DNA from: Rotaria socialis
Taxonomy: Eukaryota
Assembly: GCA_905331295.1 (NCBI GenBank)
Contig: CAJNYD010000418.1
Span: 1 to 64,000, forward strand
DNA length: 64,000 nt
Direction of reading: 5' to 3'
Shown here: piece after piece, positions 54,201 to 64,000 of the stretch
Position numbering within the stretch: the first letter of the stretch is position 1
Layout of the letters: each line of letters starts with the position of its first letter
Notes under the pieces: generated by a model
The model's input: the letters and a program-made list of their open reading frames with translations, nothing else
Databases searched by the model: none
Told to the model about the DNA's origin: nothing
Position numbers and translations under genes: made by a program

Positions 54201-55071
54201 TCATATTTTATTGGATATATCTTTATTGAGTACTTATAATAGTAAAAGAAACCATTTCATTTTTCGGAGAATATATTTTCAAAAAAGAAAATTTACAATC
54301 ATTTCCTTTTTAATTAAACGTAACTAAATAGTTTTGATAAGATCTGATTGTCACTTTGAACACGAAATATTGAATCAAATAAAACTATATGACAAAGTAA
54401 TAAAGTACTTGAGTTTATTGTATACGATACGAAATTAGTTGAAACTTTTAATTTTAACGTTTTTATCCATCGTACTTTTAAAAAGTAACAATCCATTAAC
54501 TCAACTTATTCAGTAGCAAAATTAACAACTATGCTTTAGATAAAAGAAAATACTTTTATTCTATAATTAAATTTTGATCTATTTCTTTCATCATTGTCTT
54601 GTGTCAATTCACGAAGAAGTTCATTAATTTCTCGTTCGACAAGACCTCGCTGCCATAGAACTAAATATATACATAGACATATACATATAGACTCTATCAA
54701 ATTAATATTTCCCAATATAAATATGTACTTGGGTTAGTTCTTGGTACACGAAATCGTTTTAATAGTAGCCAACATATATGTTTACATATTTCACGATTAA
54801 TTTGGAATGAAGAACACGTACATTGATGTGGATCACCTAAGAATACCTAATGAACACGTGAATATATATATATATTTATCCATATCCATATATATTCATT
54901 GAACTCTAATCTATGAAGAAATACTTTAAATGTTCGTTCACTATCTTCTTTAATAACGAAAGCTGTTGGACCTGTTTGTCTTAGAATAAAAAATGTAGAA
55001 CTAAGTGCATCGTTTTGAGCTTGTAGGCATTTTTCTGTACATTCAACACGATAAGGCAAACAACGAGACAT
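51235..55071 (-). CDS. ZSWIM2: E3 ubiquitin ligase ZSWIM2 (MEX): SWIM, RING, ZZ, RING
   Basis: ILRQTGPTAFVIKED..FKVFLGDPHQCTC..CKHICW (SWIM); WQRGLVEREI; CPICQEEL..CGNNVHVKCM..CPLCR (RING); CHRC..YKCTTCQDYFLCQTCF (ZZ); DINENDYEVLLQL; CRLC..LPCRHKFHIDCIDGWL..CP (RING). Confidence 0.9.
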
Positions 55072-56440
55072 TGTATTTTTTTAATGTAAACTAATCATTA
55101 TCATATATTCAAGTCACCATTTTTCTATTGCACTTCATTCGTTGTTGTGCAGAACCTCTGCTTCATACTATTTATTATTATCAATGGTTTTAGAAAGTAA
55201 CCAATCCTATATAAAGATGAATCATCGTATCAAAAATCAATCCATCGGTCCAAGAAAATAGAAAAAAGCTAAGATCTTCCTTACTCGATTGGAGTGAATT
55301 TCAGATATTAATAAAACAATCGTCATCATTTTGGTGTTCATCATATTTATTTATTTAAAAACTATGAATGCAATTAATAGGTAGGCATATCTTATTATAT
55401 ACTTATTTGTCACGTTTGATTATAACAAATTCCTTTAGGAATATATAAGACAGAAGTTGTTTGATATAACTCTTTGTAGTTAATGTGCCTCATCGTTTTT
55501 CTTCTTCTTTTCTGTATTTTACGCGATAATTCTATGAATTTCACTATGTTTATCATGGTTTTATCGATGTTCATCGGCTCTTTTAATAAAATAAATCAAT
55601 TATATCATTTTTCTCTTGTCGTTTTCCATGGATAGTTATTTTCCGTATTATATTCACTACTACAATTTGCCGAGACTAAAACGAACTAGAAGAAGTAGCA
55701 AAATAAGAGATAGCTACTATCTTCTTATATTATTCAATTTGATTTATATTAATTATTATCGGCTTTTTTGCGAACTTCGCTGATTTGATGATCTTAAACA
55801 TGTTATTCATTGGTTCTGATCATTCACTATTCAAAATTGCCAATATATATGTTTTCTTGTGTAATTTTTTTTGTTCTGCTCTAAAATCTTGTTGTCGTCA
55901 TCATGAAAAAAAAACGAACAAGAAAAACACCATCATTCATGTTGTTTCTCTAACGAATATATGTTCCTATTACCATTATTGTATTATATTTTCTTACTCT
56001 ACTCGTTTTTTCTTGCTCTTTTTTCGCGCTCTTTGATATTGTCGTCATCATCGGCCCCACTCCTCTATCTCTCTACTTTATGTTCTATATGACGAGCACA
56101 TCCATACACACACGCCAGTCAAACAGAATTGTAATATTGTCGTTTGCTCCGCTTCCTCATGGCGATGGCTGTTTTTTTCTCTCATTTTTGTGGTCTATTA
56201 AATATCCACATAAAAAATAGATATCCGAGTAGGTAAAGTCGAAACAGTTGTGTTATGACACTAGGTTATTTTCAAATATATGAATATTTTGTACTGGTGC
56301 ATGCCAGAGAAGTACGTGAAATATTTTAAATTATCGCTTTGCTAAACGAAAGGATATCAATTGAATCAAATGAAATGATCAAAATATTTACTTTAATTGA
56401 CAAATATTCCTTCTTAGTTTTTGTAGAAGAACTATTTTCA

Positions 56441-57766
56441 ATGGCATCTTCTTCTTCTTCTTCTTCCTCTTTGTTTTCAACTACAACGCCTAAATTAATT
56501 ATCCCTGACGAAAAATCACCTAGTGAAACAAACGATAGTCGTTCTTCTTCTATTTCTTCAATACTTTCCTCGTCTGTCATTCCGTCATCACGAGAGACAA
56601 CAACAAAAAAATTAACAAAAATTCTGTCAACACAATCAAGTTTGGAACGTCATTATCCACCACGTCCAATTGCAAAACGTTTTTCAATCGACGCTGATCC
56701 ATCGTCAATCATTTTAAATACTACTCCTACTGACTTTTCTAGTAATTCTTTACGTCGACAACCGTCAACACCAGATGCTGAAGAAAACTTATCGATCCCT
56801 ACCTCTAACAGTATTCATGGTAAAGACACATCACCTGCTCGATCACCATCATTAAAAAAAATTGACAGTTTCTTGGAAATTCCCTATGAAAAAGGTGAAA
56901 TAGTGGATTTAATTAAATTGGCTGATGATCCGAATGCTTCAACACATATGACAAATGATGGACATGAAGTATTACTTGAACATGGAGCTGCTCCCTAGTG
57001 AGCTATCCTAATTTTACTGTCTCTCTCTCTCTCTCTCGTATTGCATGTTGTAATCGTTAGTTGTCGTTCTTCTATTTGTGCGTATAAAAAAAAATAAAAG
57101 CAATTTTGCTCTTTCATTACGATATGCATGACACGATTAGTATTCAATCACCTATTCTTCGATTTCGTTGAATAGTTACAAGCAAAGAAACAAACAAATA
57201 TGAACTTTATCTTATTTTTATGAAAAAAAAGAAATAATAGTATCTTTTATCTTATTTTTAGTGATGCAGTGAAATCAGACAAAGAAGCTTCTCGAGAAGC
57301 TCGTAACGCTTTTATATTCAATCGTCTTTTGCCTGGTGTCTATTTTTCTTTCATAACAGCATGTGGTTTACTAGGCGGTTTTGGTTTTGCACTTGGTCGA
57401 ACAAAAAAACGTGAAACAACAGCTAAACTTACTCGACAAGCAAATGCAAGAGTGTTATTTGACGATGGTCATTATTTAGCTATCAAAGCGTTACGTCGTG
57501 CTTCAATGTATAGTTTAGCTACTGTTCTTTCATTCACTGGTACCCTATGGTTGCTTAGCGGAAAACCAAAAACGTTTGCTGAATTTCGCATGTGGTCTGC
57601 TTCATGGTTACCATCGATCAAAAGAAAAACAGATAAAGAAAATGAAGGAAGAATTGAATTTGAGAGTGTAACAGATTTTATGCAGTATTTAATTGATGAA
57701 GATAAAAGACTAAAAGATAAAAAAAAGAGTAATAACACCAACACCAACAACACCAACAACGAATAA
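56441..57766 (+). CDS. TMEM242: TMEM242-like membrane protein with Ser-rich N-terminal exon (exons 56441-56997 and 57262-57766)
   Basis: Exon 2 encodes ACGLLGGFGFALGRTKK..DDGHYLAIKALRRASMYS..GTLWLLSG..FAEFR, matching TMEM242/DUF1358, but has no in-frame ATG near its start. Donor GTGAGC at 56998 joins exon 1 in frame (TA+T = Tyr). The N-terminal model is tentative. Confidence 0.7.
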
Positions 57767-57854
57767 TAAAGATATTTAGTGACGTTTGGTTGAAATTTGT
57801 GTTTTGTTTTGATTTAAAAAAAAAGGAAAAGACTAGTTTTGAAAATTTTTCTAG

Positions 57855-60800
57855 ATGGAACTATCGAATTTTCTATCGTTGATCTGTAATGATAGTAGTG
57901 ATTCTTCATCAAAGATTTGGTTTGATCAAGATCTGTCACCTTGTTTTCGTAAATATGTTCTTGAGTTTGTTCTTTATACGATAACTCTCATTCTTGTATC
58001 GTACAATATTGGGCAACGTTTGAAATGTTCATATCGTCTATGGACACTTCCACTTGCATTGATTCGTTTTGGATCAAGTTTAGTATTGATAACAACATTT
58101 TCATTCTATTTCTATGACTATTTTTTTGCTAATAATACAAAATATCAATGGATTGATGCTATTAATATATTGCTTATTCTCAATACACATTTATTTATTT
58201 GTTATTTTAATTTCAACCGTAACCTTTATCATAATAAACGTCCGATGAATTATATTATTTGGATGATTATATTCTTTGTCATACAGAATTATGACATCTA
58301 TCGAATTGTTATTAAACATTTGACATTAATTGAAAGTATTTATGTTAGTATTAGACAATCATGTTTAGTTTTAATAACTTTCGGCCTGTTATGTATTTGT
58401 TGTCACACGTGTGATCAACCAATGCCAACAGAACGTAAGTAGAGATTACGAAATAAGATATTTTTGATGACTAATTTTTATATAAACAATAAAGATCCTG
58501 AAACTAATGAAAGCCAATATTTCCTGCCAGATACAGTTATCATACAATCGAGATGTCTTTTTCTTCCATCATCACAACAAGAATCATCACATGTAATTAA
58601 TGAAGATTCAGCTACTCTAACAGAACTATTTACTTTTGCTTGGTTTAATCCATTGATGAAACGTGGTTATAATTCATTAATTATTGATTTAAATGATCTT
58701 TGTTCATTACCATTTGCACTTTTACCATTACGTTCAAGTGGCGTGCAACATCATCGTCGACTTTCTCGTGCACTTATGAAAAATTTTGGTCGATCTTTTT
58801 TTCTACTTGGTATTCTAAAAATTCTTGGCGATGGTCTTGCTTTTGGTGGACCTATTTTTCTTAATAAATTAATCATTTACATGGAAGAATCAAGTGGAAG
58901 CGAACAGAAGGATCGTGATCTACGTCGTGGTCTTCTTCTTTCAAGTATTCTCATTGGAACCGTAGCTGTAGCATCATTTCTAAATACGCATTTTACTTAT
59001 CGTATAAATCGTTTGGGACTTCGTTCTAAAATTTATTTATATACACGTATTTACTCGACAGCAACACAATTAAATACATGTCAAATGAATACATTCAATA
59101 TGGGCGAAATTGTTAATTTCATGTCAACAGATTCTGATCGTATTGTAAATTTTTTTCAATCATTCCATGCATTTTGGTCATTACCAGTTCAAATAGCCAT
59201 TGTACTTTATCTATTATATCAACAAATTGGCTTGACATTTTTAATTGGTCTTGTTTTTACAATAATACTCATACCAATAAATAAATGTATAGCATCGAAG
59301 ATAGCCAAATTAAGTCAAGATATGATGTTGTATAAAGATGAACGTATTAAAGTTGTTTCTGAAATCATATATGGTATGCGTACAATTAAAATGAATACGT
59401 ATGAAAATTATTTTACTGATCGAATAAATGATATTCGACAAAAAGAATTACGTGCATTACGTGGAAGAAAATATTTAGATGCTTTTTGTGTTTATTTTTG
59501 GGCAACAACACCAGTTCTCATTTCTGTTTTAACATTTACAACGTATACACTTCTTGGAAATCAATTGACACCCGCAAAGGTTTGCTTGATTTTGTTTTCT
59601 AGAAAACTAAGTATTGCAAATTTTCGAATATAAAATAATTGTAATTGTCGCATAGTACAGGATACCAGCAGATGTTACTTTTCCATTTCCAAGGATTTTT
59701 CAATACGATCAAAATTAAACGTTGCTAAATATTCTTCGAAATATTGGCATGTTTTCATAACGAAATTATACGTATCTAGGAAAGATTCTATATCTTATTA
59801 TGGATGTATGGATGTGTTCAGCATGAACATTATTTTTTCTAATATAAAGCAGATACATTGACATCTTACTCAAATACGGTACTATTCTTTACTGAATAGA
59901 ATTGACAAGAAATATCATGATTAAATGAGTAAACATAAAGAAAATTCTACGCACATAGATCATGAAAATTTATTTTAAATTTAATATGAATCATGTGTTG
60001 ATATGAAACGATATTTTAGGTATTTACCAGTTTGGCTTTATTTGCTTTACTTATTTCTCCTTTAAATGCATTTCCATGGGTAATTAATGGATTAGTTGAA
60101 GCAAATGTATCATTAAAACGTGTTCAACGTTTTATGGATATTGAACCGATTGATTTTGATGCATATTATGAAAATGCACCAATTGATCCTTTTCCAATTT
60201 TGGGTAAATTAAATATATTTTTTTTTCTGTTTTTATTTAAAATACAAACAATTCTTCGACTAATGATTTTCTCTATTCATTAGATCATCGTTCATCATTA
60301 GATATTCGTATAAATCAAGCAAATTTTTCATGGAATTCTACAGACTATATAGAATCTGATGAAATCTCTTTGAAAAATATTGATTTAACAATTGTACGTG
60401 GTAGTCTTGTACTTATTGTTGGTCGAGTTGGAAGTATGATTTTCATTTATTTTAAAGTAAATAATCATGGAAGTTAATAGGTGGAAAAACGACATTACTC
60501 AATGGTATTCTTGGTGAGTTAAATAAAATAAATGGCTCAATTAATGTTCATAATGCGGTTGAAAATGGATTTGCTTTTGTTAGGTTAATATTATTCTAGT
60601 TTTACTTAGTTGCATTTTCTCATTCAATTTTTTTCTTGTAGTCAAGAATCATGGATTCAACAAATGTCATTTCGAGATAATATTCTCTTCGGTAAACCAT
60701 ATAATGAACAGTTGTACAAAAGAGTGATTGATGCATGTGCACTCGAAAATGATATTAAAGTATACAACTCATTTACATATTTCTATAATTATGATAGAAT

Positions 60801-63800
60801 TTCTTTGCATAGAGTTTAGGTGCAGCTGGTGATTTTAAATTGGTTGGTGAAAATGGTGTCACACTTTCTGGTATGTTTCAATTTGTTGGATATTTTATTT
60901 GTAAAAAGGCTTTGTTTTTGCTCTATAAAATAGGCGGTCAAAAAGCTCGTCTTGCATTAGCACGAGCTGTTTATCAAGTAAATAAAAGATTTCATAGACA
61001 AATTTGTCATACAAATATTTTATTATTAGGATAAAGATATATATTTATTAGACGATCCTTTGTCGGCTGTTGATGTTCATGTTGCTCGTCATCTTTTTAG
61101 TAATTGTATTAACGGTCTTCTTAAATATAAAACACGTCTGTTATGTACTCATCAAATTCAATTTATGGATCAAGCTGATTATATTATTTTAGTTGACAAT
61201 GGACGCATTGTTCGAACAGGTCATCTATTTATTGACTGCTATATTTTCTCTTGTAACTAATTTTCTTAATATGAAAAGGAAAACCAAATGAAGTTCTTAC
61301 ATCAGCCGAAGGCTTACTTTTATCTAGTAATCATTCATCTCAAACTAGTGTTGGAACGACAACACATAAATCAATGATCGATATTGAAGAGCAAGTTATA
61401 CAAGCAGAAACTGCTTTGGAAAATGAAGCAGAACAAAGGTGTACTGGTAAAACCAATAGATAGAGTAGTTTTGAATTAAGAAATACTGAAAATATTCATT
61501 TAGGAACCGTCAAATTTACTGTTTGGAAACGATATTTTGTTGCTGTTGGCATTTTTCTTTCGTTTTCTATCGTACTTTCAGTATTTCTTATGCAAGGTTT
61601 GTATTCATAAATGCATCTAGATAGTTCTATCTTCATTTATCATGTTTACTTAATAGCTTCTCGAAATGTCTTTGATTGGTGGTTATCATATTGGACAAGT
61701 CATCAGTCATCTTTACTCAATATAAAGAATATAACTGATCAAACATCTAAAAACTTTCTCAATCATAGCCTGTAAGCTTACGATATTTTTGTCTTTGTTT
61801 AACACATCTTATTCGATAGCATATGTTAGATAAGTAAAAATAAATCATCTAACTGAGACATCCTAGCGAAATTTCCTATTGTCAAGTATGTCAAATAGCT
61901 ATATAAAAGCTATCAATAATATGTTTACGTTGTCATATTGATAAAGTAAAACAACAGTGCTAAAATTCTGCTCGTGAAGTTTACAAATTATTTTTTATTT
62001 TGATTGATTATGATTGTTTTAATTTTAATTTTAATTTTACATTAATTAATCAGTTAATGCTTTGTTTTAGTGTGTCTAATATTGATGCTCGACCAATGTT
62101 CGGCTTTGCTACACAAACAGCTGACAAAGATACAGATGANGTTTTAATTTTAATTTTAATTTTACATTAATTAATCAGTTAATGCTTTGTTTTAGTGTGT
62201 CTAATATTGATGCTCGACCAATGTTCGGCTTTGCTACACAAACAGCTGACAAAGATTTTAAACGTTTTTTTATAATTTATGTTAGTCTAGCTATTGCAAA
62301 TTCTCTCTTTACACTAATGCGTGCTTTCACATTTGCTTATGGTGGCATTGCAGCAGCTAGAAAATTACATAAATCCTTACTGAATAGTCTTTTAAAATGT
62401 TCAATATCATTTTTGGATGCAACACCAAGTGGAAGGATATTAAATAGATTTTCAAGTGATACGTGGAGTGTAGACGATTCATTACCATTTATAATGAATA
62501 TACTTCTAGCGAACATGTTCTCATTATTAGGTACACTTGTATTATCGTGTTATGGTTTACCTAAATTTCTTATTGTTCTTGTTCCATTGGCTATTTTTTA
62601 CTATTTCATTCAGGTTAGAAACGAATAGGAAACTTTATTTGTATGACAAAATTATTATCTTTAGAATTATTACCGTTGGACATCACGTGAAATAAAGCGT
62701 ATATCATCTGTATCTTTGTCACCAGTTTATGCACATTTTGGTGAAACTATTTCGGGTTTATCAACAATCCGTGCTTTTCGTCATGTAACACAATTTGTTG
62801 AACATAATTTTCTCTTAGTATCGAATAGTATTCGTGCGCAATTTGCATCTCTTATTGCTGGCTTATGGCTTAGTTTTCGTCTTCAACTGATTGGTATTGT
62901 CATGGTTGCTGGTGTATCATTAATTGGCGTTATTGAACATGTTTATACAATAGAAGGATCAAATCCAGCATTAGTCGGACTTTCTTTATCATATATTTTA
63001 TCAGTTACGGGTCTTTTGAATGGTTTAATATCAAGTTTTACAGAAACTGAAAAAGAAATGATCGGTGTTGAACGCGTTACTGCATATATCGATGATTTAC
63101 CCAAAGAAGAAGAAGACAATGAAGAACAATTTATCTTTTTGAATGAAGAAAGACAACAAAAAGGAGCAACAATTGAGTATCGTCATGCTACTATGAAATA
63201 TAGTGTTGATCAAAAAGTAGCACTCGATAATATTACATTTCAAATACAATCAAATGAAAAAATTGGCATTGTTGGACGAACTGGTTAGAGACATTTTGAT
63301 TTAATTTAAAAAAAAAGAAAGAAATCTCTGATCGATTTTTGTCTTGTTGTTTTTATTTCGAAAAGGTTCCGGTAAAAGTAGTTTATTAGCAGTATTATTT
63401 CGTCTTGTAAATTTGTCTGATGGACAAATTCTTATTGATAACGTTGATACGACAACAATGCGACGTCACACACTTCGGTAATAAACATTTTTTTGATCTT
63501 CAGCATATGTATTTTCTCTCTCTTTCATTTTTAGACAAACTTTAGCAATTATTCCTCAGGATCCATTTCTATTCAGTGGAACTATTCGAGAAAATCTTGA
63601 TCCTTATCAACATCATACCGATGAAGAAATTCATAGTGCATTAGAAAAATGTCATCTATTTGATTTAGTTGAAACTTTAGGTAAGAACATGGAGAATTTT
63701 TTCTTGCTTCTATTTTTGATGTTAAGGAAATGATCTTAATTCAATGATTGTTGAACGTGGTCGTAATTTTTCTGTTGGTCAAAAGCAAGTAAGAATTAAA

Positions 63801-64000
63801 AGATGCATTATCACTCGAAACAATCAATCGTATGCGTTGTTTTTTCTTTTCTTATTAACAGCTCTTTTGTCTTGCTCGAGCGCTTCTTCGCAAAGCTAAA
63901 GTAAATGTTTCTAATATACTTTATTGTGTTTATTTTTGTTTACGTATATATATTAACAGATTTTATGCTTGGACGAAGCAACAGCTAATATTGATAATGA
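57855..64000 (+). CDS. ABCC10: ABC transporter C family, MRP7-like (3' end beyond the window)
   Basis: TMD0 (LSPCF), [64 protein letters not shown]1 [44 protein letters not shown]2 GRTGSGKSS and FSVGQKQL. Confidence 0.92.

Noticed and set aside
56159..56232. Upstream ATG exon whose donor (56233) is also in phase with the TMEM242 exon at 57262
   Set aside because: The peptide is unremarkable. A 5' UTR exon spliced to 56427 is simpler, and the closer donor at 56998 already explains the frame. It cannot be excluded without RNA data.
62016..62256. Exact 116-bp tandem duplication of an ABCC10 acceptor and exon start (62016-62131 and 62141-62256)
   Set aside because: The copies are separated by an N at 62140, which is typical of an overlapping contig-end scaffolding artefact rather than a real exon duplication.

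Overview
AT-rich eukaryotic (animal) DNA with many short (about 50-65 nt) GT-AG introns. The gene style resembles a bdelloid rotifer, but this is an inference and not proven. I hand-spliced 13 protein-coding genes: ATP6AP1/Ac45, PARPBP/PARI, a CDK1-like kinase with PATAIRE, two tandem-repeat galectins, UBE2G1, an AADAC/NCEH1-like esterase, a 4-exon intact hAT-type transposase, NXF1, a COLGALT/GT25 enzyme, ZSWIM2, TMEM242 with a long Ser-rich first exon, and ABCC10 (runs off the window). There is also tRNA-Thr(TGT), an ML/NPC2-domain pseudogene and several non-autonomous DNA transposons with visible TIRs and TSDs, one pair nested. The strongest hidden signal is the 988-nt NXF1 intron immediately upstream of the conserved 37-nt exon. 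It holds at least seven nested complementary segments (a rod about 770 nt long), a duplicated 17-mer, and an in-frame read-through stop, so it is a candidate autoregulatory, CTE-like export element. Other notable points: two operon-like gene pairs (88 and 112 nt gaps, ATG directly after a splice acceptor), a splice donor that splits a stop codon, and a galectin linker made of FG repeats. Exon boundaries and gene names come from reading the sequence and recalling family motifs; no searches were run.
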